A stretch of DNA of 63,972 nucleotides, the filler included, from Octopus bimaculoides (lineage: Eukaryota): the NCBI RefSeq assembly GCF_001194135.2. It is 7 parts of 7 records of this genome, joined end to end, with 100 filler letters (N's around TTAATTAATTAA, not from the genome) between each part and the next. Parts side by side here need not be neighbours in the genome. Positions count along the whole stretch, not along the records: positions 26,571 to 34,074 come from NW_026392236.1; positions 34,175 to 58,047 come from NC_069000.1; 5 more parts are not named here. One strand, given 5' to 3'. Numbering within the stretch: position 1 is the stretch's first letter; every line of letters starts with the position of its first letter. The position numbers were made by a program, and so were the translations under genes. This document shows positions 33,629 to 47,222 of this stretch, one piece after another. The notes beneath the pieces are model-generated. The model saw only the letters and a list, made by a program, of their open reading frames with translations, ran no database searches and was not told where the DNA came from.

Positions 33629-33737
33629 GTCTAATCCTACTCAGATTAGTCATCTAATCCTACTTAGATTAGTCATCTAATCCTACTCATATTAGTCGTC
33701 TAATCCTACTCAGATTAGTCGTCTAATCCTACTCAGT
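33629..33737. repeat. 23-bp minisatellite, ~5 copies, each with internal inverted repeat CTAATC-N7-GATTAG
   Basis: CTAATCC at 33631, 33654, 33677, 33700 and 33723. Confidence 0.95.
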
Positions 33738-34582
33738 AAACAAATTCAGAATCATTCCAAGCTCTCACCAAGACAGTGTTAGATTTTATGAAGAAAACAG
33801 GTATTACCGCTTAGCCTCTCTCTTTTAAACAAAAACACACAAAGGTAGCCCAACATATATGTGGTCGTTTAGTATGCTAGATAGAGCATGAATCCAGCGA
33901 TCACGTGGGCTTGTTCTAAGGCCTGTAGCGTAACATATATCCGTTTAAACAAATTCACATCAGATAATTTTATTTTATTTTGAATTAAACCAGTATCTCT
34001 GAAAAAAATCCTTTTATGGAAAACGTATGCATTTAACAAATTCTAAATGAAAATAGTTGGAATAGACCTTAAAANNNNNNNNNNNNNNNNNNNNNNNNNN
34101 NNNNNNNNNNNNNNNNNNTTAATTAATTAANNNNNNNNNNNNNNNNNNNNNNNNNNNNNNNNNNNNNNNNNNNNATATATATGTATATGTATATATTAGC
34201 ATACCCGCTTAAAGTGGCCAACATGCGCAGGCATGACACGCGTTTGTAAGTCGTTCCCTCTCATCTTATATGGGTATCTGTGTGCGTGCGTGTGTGTGCG
34301 TGTGCGTGGGTGTGCGTGTCATGTTCTGTGCTCTACTGCACCGCTTTTTTGCATATTTGTATTCCTGAACGTTTATTTGCGTGCATGTGTGCATACATAC
34401 AGAAATATATATATATGTATGTACGTACGTATATGTGTGTGTGTGTGCATGTGTATATGTATATGTATATATATATGCATATATGTATATATGTATGTAT
34501 ATGTATGTGTATATATGTATATGTATATATATATGTATGTATGCATATATATATATATATATATATATATAATGATAATCTA

Positions 34583-34619
<37 letters not shown>

Positions 34620-35159
34620 NNNNNNNNNNNNNNNNNNNNNNNNNNNNNNNNNNNNNNNNNNNNNNNNNNNNNNNNNNNNNNNNNNNNNNNNNNNNNNNNN
34701 NNNNNNNNNNNNNNNNNNNNNNNNNNNNNNNNNNNNNNNNNNNNNNNNNNNNNNNNNNNNNNNNNNNNNNNNNNNNNNNNNNNNNNNNNNNNNNNNNNNN
34801 NNNNNNNNNNNNNNNNNNNNNNNNNNNNNNNNNNNNNNNNNNNNNNNNNNNNNNNNNNNNNNNNNNNNNNNNNNNNNNNNNNNNNNNNNNNNNNNNNNNN
34901 NNNNNNNNNNNNNNNNNNNNNNNNNNNNNNNNNNNNNNNNNNNNNNNNNNNNNNNNNNNNNNNNNNNNNNNNNNNNNNNNNNNNNNNNNNNNNNNNNNNN
35001 NNNNNNNNNNNNNNNNNNNNNNNNNNNNNNNNNNNNNNNNNNNNNNNNNNNNNNNNNNNNNNNNNNNNNNNNNNNNNNNNNNNNNNNNNNNNNNNNNNNN
35101 NNNNNNNNNNNNNNNNNNNNNNNNNNNNNNNNNNNNNNNNNNNNNNNNNNNNNNNNNNN

Positions 35160-35256
<97 letters not shown>

Positions 35257-35848
35257 ATGCATTATTATCCGAAGACTCACTGATATTCTAGCACCATAAT
35301 TTGGGATTCCATTCTGAGAGGGATAGCCGAAACTTAGATAAAAGATAAATATGGCAGAACTGTTTCATTTTTGCGAGATGAAAGCAACATGGCTGTTTGA
35401 AGTTCGGTTTTGAGAGCCTCAGATGTTATTGTGAAATGCTCACAGCGAATAAACAACATGAAACAAAGCGTGAGCCTATAGGTGGTTGTTAGGCCACTTC
35501 CTAGAAATCGCTGTGAAATCTCCCTCGAACCACTCATATTTGTGAAAATACATCCTTGATGAATCTAGTGTTAGAGAGAAGAACTGATACACAATGTGTG
35601 TGTTTATAGCATTAACACTGATGCTATTTGTCCGGGAATGAGACGTGTTGGCACAGCTGTTTTGGCGCCGCCTATTTGGCGTCGTTGATTCGATGTCATT
35701 CATTTGGCATCTGACTTTTTAATATTTCTCTCGTTTTGCCTTTTCTCATGTTCTTTCCATCCTCCCACTCTCTCTATCTCTGTCTTTCTCTCTCTCCGAC
35801 TATCTCTCTCTATCGCTCTTTCTCTATCCTTCTTTCTGTTTCTCTCTC

Positions 35849-35929
<81 letters not shown>

Positions 35930-36837
35930 CTCTCTTTCTCTCTCTTTACTCTCTTCCCCTTCCTCTCGTTCTGTACATGTGAGGGAATATATTTCTCTGT
36001 ATTTGTGTAAAAAGACGGAAAGTGCTTGTGTCAATCGTGTTCCAGTAATAAATTGTAATATGTATCTCACTTTCTATCTCTCTCTCACTTCTTTCTCTCT
36101 CTTTCTCTCTTCTTCTCTATCTCCCTCTCTTCCTCTTTCTCTCTTCTTCTCTCACGAAGCTTTGGGCGGTCCGTAGATATAACAGAAGACTCTTGCGAAT
36201 GGTGCTGCATAGCGTTGGGACTGAAACCAAAATTTGACGGTTGGGAAACATGGTTTTTACCACACGGCCACGCCTATATATATGTATATATATGTCAGTG
36301 GTGTGTATGTGTGCCTATATGTATGTATGTGTGTATGTATATATATATATATATATATATANNNNNNNNNNNNNNNNNNNNNNNNNNNNNNNNNNNNNNN
36401 NNNNNNNNNNNNNNNNNNNNNNNNNNNNNNNNNNNNNNNNNNNNNNNNNNNNNNNNNNNNNNNNNNNNNNNNNNNNNNNNNNNNNNNNNNNNNNNNNNNN
36501 NNNNNNNNNNNNNNNNNNNNNNNNNNNNNNNNNNNNNNNNNNNNNNNNNNNNNNNNNNNNNNNNNNNNNNNNNNNNNNNNNNNNNNNNNNNNNNNNNNNN
36601 NNNNNNNNNNNNNNNNNNNNNNNNNNNNNNNNNNNNNNNNNNNNNNNNNNNNNNNNNNNNNNNNNNNNNNNNNNNNNNNNNNNNNNNNNNNNNNNNNNNN
36701 NNNNNNNNNNNNNNNNNNNNNNNNNNNNNNNNNNNNNNNNNNNNNNNNNNNNNNNNNNNNNNNNNNNNNNNNNNNNNNNNNNNNNNNNNNNNNNNNNNNN
36801 NNNNNNNNNNNNNNNNNNNNNNNNNNNNNNNNNNNNN

Positions 36838-36885
<48 letters not shown>

Positions 36886-37708
36886 TATGCATATACATAT
36901 ACATACATATATATGTATATACATATCTACAAATATATATATATATCATATGTATATATGTATGTATATATAATATATATACTGTGTCTACATATAATAT
37001 ATATATATATATATATAAATATACATGCGAAATATGTGTGTGTGTGCATATTATTTATATTATTCATATGCATAAATTTACATTCAATATATATATATGC
37101 ACGCATTTGTATGTGCATGCATATGTATATATATGAGATGAGAGAGACGTGGTTGCGTGTACGAGCGCATATGTGCGATGTGTGTGTGTGTGTTTGCGAT
37201 ATGACTAGCTGAGTCAACAAACTACTCTTTAATAAATGCCAAAAACACTAAAGCTGGATCAGTAATCCAGGAAGTTGGATTGCGTGGCGGAGACGATGGA
37301 GCAGTCACTGTTTGTCGGGCAAAAACCAAGAAATCGATGAGTAAGTCTCCGATAACGGACGCACTTGTAGCCTCGCATACTAACAACACAATGAATCATC
37401 TCTGTTGAAGATATATAACGCTGATTATCCAAACGTATATATTCGTGTATAATATATACATTTGTGTGCGTATGTGTGTGTATGTTTCTCTGTGAGTGTG
37501 TGCGTGTGTGTATGTATTTGTGTATGTGTGTGTGGTGGCGGAGAAGGGATCTTGTGGCGCCAGAGAATTTTTTTGTCCCCCCCCCCCCATGTATTTGAGG
37601 ATTAAACGTCGCTGATGATAAATAACAAGACACAGAATCCATTCTGATTGGATGCTTAGATATGCACTTTTATATGTAAATGTATGTATATTTATGTATG
37701 TACATATA

Positions 37709-37755
<47 letters not shown>

Positions 37756-37945
37756 GTGTGAATATATATATGTACATATATACGTATAAATACAATCATA
37801 CACACACATAAAAACATATATATATATATACACACAAAAATCTGCATATAGATATACAAGGCATGTTGCAGCTTGCATTTACATCTATAGACATACGAAT
37901 ATAGAAGGATGGGTATATAGATAGATACGTGTATCCATATATGAA

Positions 37946-37986
<41 letters not shown>

Positions 37987-38208
37987 ATAATATATATCGT
38001 ATATAAATATATGCATATATACATACATATATGTGCATACGTACATATATATATATATGTATTTATATGTGCATATATGGGTACAGGATATCAAAAGAAC
38101 GTGAACAAAATGAGAAACGAGAACATAAAAAACATTCCCTTCATCAGTTGTCCCCTGTTTTATCTACTCCGCAGTCAGACAAACAGGCAGACAGACAGAC
38201 AGAGAGGC

Positions 38209-38248
<40 letters not shown>

Positions 38249-38566
38249 TTCTGTACGTATTTCCATTGTGTGTTGTTACTATTGAGATATATGTTCGTAT
38301 CTCTTTGTATCCCTAATGGGACCGCCATCAGTTTAGTCGTGGAGCATAGATATGAATGAAGGTGAGCGCAATCATTCTATTCGCATTATTATAGAAATAT
38401 CAAATAAGGTAAACAATATTACAGAAATATACAATAACGTTTATATATAATATATACAACAATAAAAAGAAAATTATTTTCATAGAAAATAGAAACCTAA
38501 ATATAGTAATGAAGCGGGAAGTTAAAGAAACGCATTTTCAACGGGTTTATTCTAATTATGCTTTTG

Positions 38567-38604
<38 letters not shown>

Positions 38605-38774
38605 CGTTTCTTTCAAAATACTTATTAAATTATTAACAAAATTAGGTTCCTTGAAATTTGTTACGAAGTTAATTGGACGCGAAAGACGTTTTGAATGAAA
38701 AACAGAAAATAGCAAATAAAAATATCTGAGAAAAACTGAGAAAATGAGAATAAAATAAAAATAATATACATGTC

Positions 38775-39177
38775 AAGAAAGCGTCGAGCTTGGCAGAAAC
38801 GTTAGAACGCCGGGCGAAATGCTTACCGGTATTTCGTCTGTCTTTACGTTCTGAGTTCAAATTCCGCCGAGGACAAGTGTTTTCTACTATAGCCTCGAGC
38901 CGACTAAAGCTTTGTGAGTGGATTTGATACACAGAAACTGAAAGAAGCCTGTCGTATATATACATGTGTGTGTGTGTGTGTGTCTCCGTCCCCCACTACC
39001 TTCACTTGACAACCGATGCTGGTGTGTTTACGTCCCCATAATCTAGCGGTTCGGCAAAAGAGAAAGATGGAATAAGTACTAGGCTTACACAGAATCAGTT
39101 CTGAGGTAGATTTGTTTGACTAAAAGCTCCAGCATGGCCGCAGTCAAATGACTGCAACAAATAAAAGAATAAAAGAA

Positions 39178-39178
<1 letters not shown>
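38775..39178 (+). mobile_element. Chimeric SINE: family B head fused to family A body and tail
   Basis: TGGCAGAAACGTTAG...GAGTTCAAATTCCGCCGAGG joined directly to ACAAGTGTTTTCTACTATAGCC... through the family A 3' module and (AATAAAAG) tail. Confidence 0.8.
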
Positions 39179-39215
<37 letters not shown>

Positions 39216-39497
39216 NNNNNNNNNNNNNNNNNNNNNNNNNNNNNNNNNNNNNNNNNNNNNNNNNNNNNNNNNNNNNNNNNNNNNNNNNNNNNNNNNNNNN
39301 NNNNNNNNNNNNNNNNNNNNNNNNNNNNNNNNNNNNNNNNNNNNNNNNNNNNNNNNNNNNNNNNNNNNNNNNNNNNNNNNNNNNNNNNNNNNNNNNNNNN
39401 NNNNNNNNNNNNNNNNNNNNNNNNNNNNNNNNNNNNNNNNNNNNNNNNNNNNNNNNNNNNNNNNNNNNNNNNNNNNNNNNNNNNNNNNNNNNNNNNN

Positions 39498-39547
<50 letters not shown>

Positions 39548-40363
39548 ATATATATTGTATGTATACACATATACACATATATACATAAATATACCAACAC
39601 ACATGTGTGTGTGTGTGTGTCTGTATACATTGTACGCTTGGAATTTAATTACCTCTCATTCAAATCACACAGAGGGAGTGACAGAGAAAGAAAGAAAGAA
39701 ATAAAGAAAGAAAAAGACAGAGAGAGAGAGAGAGAGAGGATGGTAAGGCAGAGTTGAAGAGCTCATTAACAAATATGTATGCATAAACCAGTTCCAGAAG
39801 CCGAAGTCAATACGGTTACTGCATATGTATAATCATATTAACCTTCATATGCATCAATAAGTTATAATATCGAATACACTGTACGAATATTTTAATATTT
39901 GCCCTTTCTTGACGCTATAGAGCACTTTGTAGATTTTAATCACATTTCTATCTATTCTCCAAGATAGAAGAATGAGCATAGAAACATATGGCATATTTTA
40001 GGGAGCATTTTGCTTGATCTCTAGTTTGCTTCTCTTTTAGATTCTTGGGGGGGGGGCTGAAAATCCTTGNNNNNNNNNNTTAGATTCTTGGGGGGGGGGG
40101 CTGAAAATCCTTGGTAACGTGTTACATTGTGTGTGTGTGTGTGTGAAGGGGATGTTTGTGTGGGTGGGTATGCGTTTGTGTGTGTGTGGGTATGTGTTTG
40201 TGAATGTGCTTGTGTGTATGTTTGTGTGTGTTAGTGCCTCTGTGTGTTTGTGTGTGTAGGTATTTGTGTGAGTGTTTGTGGGGGCGTTTGTGTACGTGTG
40301 TTTGTGTGTACGTGTGTGTGTGTGCGTGCGTGTTAATGTGGATGATGTATGCGTAAGGGTGTG

Positions 40364-40741
40364 GAGGCGCAATGGCCCAGTGGTTATGGAAGCGGACTCG
40401 CGGTCGTAGGATCGCGGTTTCGATTCCCAGACCGGGCGATGTATTTATTGAGCGAAAACACCTAAACTTCCACAAGGCTCCAGCAGGGGTTGGTGGCGAA
40501 CCCTGCTGTACTCTTTCACCACAGCTGTCTCTCACCCTTACTTCCTGTTTCTGTTGTGCCTGTATTTCAAAGGGCCAGCCTTGTCACACTCTGTGTCACG
40601 CTGAATCTCCCCAAGAACTACGTTAAGGGTACACGTGTCTGTGGAGTGCTCAGCCACTTGCACGTTAATTTCACGAGCAGGCTGTTCCGTTGATCGGATC
40701 AACTGGAACCCACGTCGTCGTAACCGACGGAGTGCCAACCA
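40364..40741 (+). mobile_element. SINE family D, full length, with 15-bp target-site duplication
   Basis: tRNA-like head TGGCCCAGTGG / GTTTCGATTCC. ATGCGTAAGGGTGTG at both 40349-40363 and 40742-40756. Possibly the described octopus OK-type SINE (not verified). Confidence 0.9.
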
Positions 40742-41302
40742 ATGCGTAAGGGTGTGAATCGGCGAACAGCTTAGTGGCTGGCGTTCGATTCGGCGGTTGA
40801 GATACGAGAGACGAGGTGATACGAGAGACGAGTGTGTGATTGGGTGGGTGTTGCGGCGTGCGCGCATGTGTTTCTATATGTGCGTGTGGTGGTGTAAAAG
40901 TGTGTATGTGTGTGTGTGTGTGTGTGTGTACGTATGAGTACGTGCGTGTGTGTGTGTATCTATATGTGCGTATGAGTGTGCGTGTATGTGTGTGCGCGTG
41001 TGTGTATATTGGGGAGGGTAAGAAGCGAGGTGATATGTGTGTGAGGGCGTTGGTGTTGCTGCTGTTTGTATGTACGTCTCTTCTTTCGCTGATGATTGTG
41101 TATGTATCATAAGAGACATTGATATTTCGAAGCCTGGAGCCATCCGACGAATATAAATTTCAATATTTGTACATAAACATTATCTTGTTTCGAATATATT
41201 TATTTGTTTAACTGAACATATATTCCACATATGTGTGTGTATATGTATGAATGAGGGTATGTGTTTGTCTGTATCTGTATATATATGTATATAGACATTT
41301 AT

Positions 41303-41337
<35 letters not shown>

Positions 41338-42641
41338 NNNNNNNNNNNNNNNNNNNNNNNNNNNNNNNNNNNNNNNNNNNNNNNNNNNNNNNNNNNNNNN
41401 NNNNNNNNNNNNNNNNNNNNNNNNNNNNNNNNNNNNNNNNNNNNNNNNNNNNNNNNNNNNNNNNNNNNNNNNNNNNNNNNNNNNNNNNNNNNNNNNNNNN
41501 NNNNNNNNNNNNNNNNNNNNNNNNNNNNNNNNNNNNNNNNNNNNNNNNNNNNNNNNNNNNNNNNNNNNNNNNNNNNNNNNNNNNNNNNNNNNNNNNNNNN
41601 NNNNNNNNNNNNNNNNNNNNNNNNNNNNNNNNNNNNNNNNNNNNNNNNNNNNNNNNNNNNNNNNNNNNNNNNNNNNNNNNNNNNNNNNNNNNNNNNNNNN
41701 NNNNNNNNNNNNNNNNNNNNNNNNNNNNNNNNNNNNNNNNNNNNNNNNNNNNNNNNNNNNNNNNNNNNNNNNNNNNNNNNNNNNNNNNNNNNNNNNNNNN
41801 NNNNNNNNNNNNNNNNNNNNNNNNNNNNNNNNNNNNNNNNNNNNNNNNNNNNNNNNNNNNNNNNNNNNNNNNNNNNNNNNNNNNNNNNNNNNNNAGTATC
41901 TAATTCGAAAGAGAAGCATATCCAGACAACAACCACCAACATACAATATAATTACATTATTAAAGAATATAATAACTAGATGGCCACAGACGTATATGCG
42001 GCGATAGCAGCAGCGGCTGCAGCGGCGATTGTAGCTGTGGCGGCAGCAGCAGCGGCGATGAAGAATAAACAGGAGGATATTTTTTTTTCCTCTTTTTACA
42101 AATTATTTCTTCTTCTGCCTAACTCTCTCCCTCTTTCTCTCTCTTCCATCCTCCCTCTCTCTCTCTCACTCTCTTGCTCGCTCGTGCTCTCTCTTTCCTT
42201 CTCTTTCTTTCCAACATACACTCACATACACACACACACACACACACACGTTCTGTGAATGCTAAGAATAGACTTTCTATGGCTGAGATATTTTATATAA
42301 TTTCCAAAAATTCAATCATTAGACATCCGTCCATAGTCAAAGTACTTTCTACATGAATATCATCAACGTACTTATACATACATAGAAACACACATATATA
42401 TACATACATACATATACACATACATATACACACGCATACACACGAGCACACGCACACACACACACACACTCGCGCGCGCATTTATATGTACGCATATCAT
42501 GTATATATACATATAGATCTACACATACATGTATCTAAATGCACACACACTTGTACACAGACACACACACACACACACGCATATACACATACATGAGAGA
42601 AGAATAGAGAAAGACAAGGAGAAAGATTGTGAGTCATGCTG

Positions 42642-42707
<66 letters not shown>

Positions 42708-42802
42708 GCACACACACACACCGAAAGAGAGGGGAAGAAAGATGGATATAAATACACACATACATATAGTAAATATCTAATATGTATGTATGTAGGCATG
42801 CA

Positions 42803-42839
<37 letters not shown>

Positions 42840-43227
42840 CCATGACCGCCACTCCTTCCCGACCTTCTCTCACGTATGTATTTCTGTCTTTGGCTATCTC
42901 TCCGATTCTCCCGTCTCTCTCTGCCCTTCTGTGTTTATTCTCTCTTCGTTTTCTTTCTCTCTGTTTTTCTCTCTTTCTCTCTCTTTCACATTCTCAAGAT
43001 ATTATATCTATATACTTCTCTATCTGTCTTTCTCTCTCTTTCTCTTTCTCCCTCTGTCTATCTATATATTCCTATCTATATATCTACTCCTCTGTTTATC
43101 CAGCCATCTACATATCTCCCTTCTCCTCTCTTCTCCCCTCTCTCTCTCTCTCTCTTTGCATACATATATTCATAGATATAGACACACACACACACATATA
43201 TATAGGCATATATATATATATACATAC

Positions 43228-43319
<92 letters not shown>

Positions 43320-43769
43320 TTTAGTCTACACTATATATTAAAGGTCAACTGTTTTTAAGTCATACTCCAGTATATTTAAAATAAGCTAATTAGATGGAGA
43401 GTTCAATATTTTGGCTATTCTGGCACCAATCCAAAACTAACGGAATCATTTGTTAGCTTAATCAGTTACCGGGGTTAGACCTAGCTTTCTCGAATTCTTT
43501 CTCTTTTGTTTATCCTATGTTTACAGACGAACTCGAAGAGCGAACGGTAATGGAGGATTCCACTTGGTGTGATTAGTTAATGAGAGGGTTGATGGTTCGC
43601 GTCCAGCCCACAGATTCTCCGCTCTGTGTCTCCCAGCCTAGAATTTTTTTTTTTTTCAATAATAGTCTGTATACCTAACAATATATATTTTTTTTTTATC
43701 ATTTACTTGTTTCGACCATTAGAATGGCACCGTCTTCAACGATTAGAATCGAGTCCACCTCTTTTAATT

Positions 43770-44290
43770 CTACAAATGCACAATCGATCTGCCAGTTCTA
43801 CCAGTTCTACCAACAAACGATCATTTTATCTACCATACTACCAGTTCTATGAACCAACTCACCATAATTTTTTTCCACTTCTACTGACTCTACCAAAGTA
43901 CTATCAATTTAGCAATTCTACCAAACCGATTATTATTTTCCCCCACCATTCGACCAATTCTACCAACCAAATAACCACCATTTTTCTACCACTATTGATT
44001 CTACCAGTGTACTATCGATTTACCAATTCAACCAGTCTTGTCATTCAACCATCATTTTACCATCTCTACCAACTGACCCAGCAACTTTTTACCCGATTCT
44101 ACCAATACTATCAATCTACCAGTTCTACCAACCGAATATCAATTTCTCCGCCATTCTACCGCCTCTACCAACCCATCATTGTTTTTATCCGCCTTTCTAC
44201 CAGCTCTGCCAATCCACCACGACTTACTACACCCTCTATGAATTCTACCAGTCATCCATAATTTTGTTAGACACTCTAACCACCCAACGA
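43770..44290. repeat. Degenerate CTACCAATT-type low-complexity repeat
   Basis: Many TTCTACCA / CTACCAA motifs read directly. Confidence 0.8.
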
Positions 44291-44865
44291 CTGCCCTACC
44301 ATCGTTGTCGTGTCCGGGGCTCTGCCAACACTAGCAATCCAGCCACAAGGGTTCGTTCAATGTTCATAGTTACAATATTAGCCATTTAAAAAAATATTTC
44401 TACTCTTCTTCGTTCCGTCCTTATATATTGATTAGGATGTTATTGTTACCAAGGTTACCGTTCCAGCATGACGTCATTAACTCATCATTCTCTCTCTCTT
44501 TCCCCTCTCTCTCTCTCTTCCCTCTCTCTCTTTCTTTCTCTCTCTCATTCCTTCACACTTGCATTATTTAACTCATTTTCCCGTCTCCCCCTTTCCTATT
44601 CTCCCTCGTTATTTTCTCATTCTTCCTCTTCTTCTGTTTCTTTTTCTTCTCTTTTCTTTCCTTCTTCTTCTTCTTCTTCTTCTTCTTCTTCTTCTTCTTC
44701 TTCTTTTCCTTCTTCTTCTTCTTCTTCTTCTTCTTCTTTTCCTTCTTCTTCTTCTTCTTCTTCTTCATCTTTTTCTTCTTCCGCTTCTTCATTTTCTTTT
44801 CTCCTTTTTCCTCTTCATCTTTTTATTCTTCTTCTTCCTCTTCTTCCAGTTCTTCATCTTCGTTT

Positions 44866-44937
<72 letters not shown>

Positions 44938-45019
44938 CCGTCTTCTTCGTCTACTTCTTCTTCTTCTTCTTCTTCTTCCTCCTCCCTCCCTCCCCTCCTC
45001 CTCCTCAACTCTTCATCTA

Positions 45020-45430
45020 CTACTGCTACAGGCATGATAGAGCTGCACAGTATATTCACTGGGTAGTTTGCAAAAACCTGGACCTGCTCCATGGTAAAAA
45101 AACTGGTGGGAACACAAACCACTTCCAGTGCTTGAAAATGACCACATCTCACTCATCTGGAAGCATGAGTGTTTCGTTCATCATCCTTAAACCTTATTCA
45201 GACACCTTTCGGGCAGGGTGAGCAACTCGACCGAAGACAATTCTGACTGGGTCCCCACCCGCAAGGTCATGGGCTGTTTATCTTGATTTGAGGTCAACAA
45301 GTAGTGCACACATGGTCGTGATGCATGTGCCTGCTATGTCCTATATCAAACGGGGAGTCATGTTGGGCTTCGTACATCTGTACCCCAGTATCACTTTGAT
45401 GGCATGCATTGCCCTCAAAGTGACACTTAT
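45020..45430 (+). mobile_element. R4/Dong-like LINE 3' fragment with internal deletion, ends in (CAA)(TAA)n
   Basis: YRHDRAAQYIHWVVCKNLDL then (frameshift) WWEHKPLPVLENDHISLIW, the RHD..W motif preceding REL endonucleases. 3' region homologous to 8390-8645. Confidence 0.75.
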
Positions 45431-45451
45431 AATAGCAACAACAACAACAAC

Positions 45452-45482
<31 letters not shown>

Positions 45483-45903
45483 TAATAATAATAATAATAA
45501 TAATAACGACAATAATAACAACGATAATATATTTTCGACAAGAGAATAGATGGGTGGGGGTGGATTACAAAGCTGAAGTAGAAGAATAAAAAAAATGAAG
45601 GAACAATGCAGAAGAAAACATGTGAATGAGGTCAAAATGATGTAAAGAATACATGAAGTGAATTGTGCGCAAAAAATAAATTATTTTTAAACATAAATTC
45701 GATTGAAAACTGGTGATAGGGAAGGTGAGTGGCTTCTAAATCAAATATAAATATAATTAGTAATTTTTTTTTAAAATTAATTAATTAATTAGGCGCCCAA
45801 AACTCTGAACTAACCAAATTAATTAAACGTTTGAACGGCTGCTATTGTAATGCGCAAACCGGATTTAATGTGAATGTGTGTTAAGTATGAACAAACTGCC
45901 GGA

Positions 45904-46272
45904 TTATATTCGCACTTCTAGAAGTTTCTCTGGAAATTTGGTAGACGTTGGCTGTGTGGTTAGAAGTTTGCTTCCCAACCACATGGTTCCGGGTTCAGTC
46001 CCACTGCGTGGCACCTTACCAAGACGTCTCCGACTCTAGCTTTTATTGTCGTTATTATCATTCGTATGAAGCTATTACATGTTATTAAGTAATTACAATA
46101 TCGTATTAAGCTACAAGGCTTTGGTCGACCCGAGGCTACAGTCGGAGACGTCTGCCTAAGGTGCCACGCAAGTGGGATTGAACCCGGAACTATGTGGTTG
46201 GGAAAGAAACTTCTAACCACACAGCCAACGTCTACCAAATTTCCAGAGAAACTTCTAGAAGCGCGAATATAA
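45904..46272. repeat. Local inverted duplication (~137-bp arms, ~94-bp spacer) built on a SINE A head
   Basis: 45904-46040 is the near-exact reverse complement of 46135-46272, including non-consensus bases (GACGTCTCCGACT) and flanking sequence. Confidence 0.92.
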
Positions 46273-46324
46273 CAACAAACACAAGAAGAAGAAGAAGAAG
46301 AAGAAGAAGAAGAAGAAGAAGAAT

Positions 46325-46512
46325 CCTCTCTACTATAGCCACAAAGCAAGAAATTTGATGGGAGGGGACAAGTCAATTACATCAACCCCAGTGTTCAACT
46401 GGTACTTCGACCCCGACAGGATGAAAGACGAAATGGACATCAGCGGAATTTGAACTCAGAACGTAAAGAGCCAGGAGTAACGCCGCTAAGTATTTTGTCC
46501 GACATGCAAACG
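46325..46512 (-). mobile_element. SINE family B
   Basis: CTACTATAGCCACAAAGC...CCCCGACAGGATGAAAGAC...GGAATTTGAACTCAGAACG. Confidence 0.8.
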
Positions 46513-46940
46513 AACAACAACGATACTTGTCTTCATGAACAACAACAACAACAACAACCGCAACCAGAACGGTAACAGCAATACATAAATCATTGTATCT
46601 GTTCTAAGCGTTACCGCAAATTCCTTGCTGTCACGGACCTAAGCCGCAGACCGACGTAATGTGTGGCTTTTTAAAAGGTGATATATTTTGTATCAGTTGG
46701 ATTGTTCCTGTTTTGCTCTGCGATTCCGTTTAGGCGCAACTGATAAGAATATCGGATTTGATTTTCGTTGAAAAATGCCAACTTCTAAATTATTGCTTTC
46801 CTGATTGCCGAAACAATTACGGCTTACTGTGAAACCTTCGGATGATACTTTTAAAATTCACAGCAGACGTTTATACAAATTTAAACGCTTACAATCTTAC
46901 ATGTATAGGAACAGAATTACACACACACACACACACACAG

Positions 46941-46971
<31 letters not shown>

Positions 46972-47176
46972 GTGCGAGCGTTTACATACATACATACATA
47001 CATAACGGGCTCATTCTCTATTGGCAAGAAATCTCGAAATAAAACTAAACAACGACGTACATATATCTAAGCATATTTATCGCTAGCGCGCTGGACGAAA
47101 TGCTTAGCGGTATTTCGCCGTCTGTCGACTATCCCCTCCTGCAAAAATTTCAGGTCTTGTGTTTATAGTAGAAAGG

Positions 47177-47222
<46 letters not shown>

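Noticed and set aside
35314-35340. CTGAGAGGGATAGCCGAAACTTAG, hammerhead-like
   Set aside because: The core lacks N7, and there is no NUH triplet or stem I; CTGATGA hits at ~23030, ~33314 and ~37612 likewise lack stem II/GAAA.
40364-40436. tRNA gene (also tRNA-like heads at 51625-51705 and 56274-56340)
   Set aside because: No complete cloverleaf or acceptor stem; the sequence continues into a SINE body or is degenerate.
43526-43570. Acceptor-like TTTACAG as possible next aGPCR exon
   Set aside because: The phase-2 frame gives RTRRANGNGGFHLV then stop, with no TM2 character.
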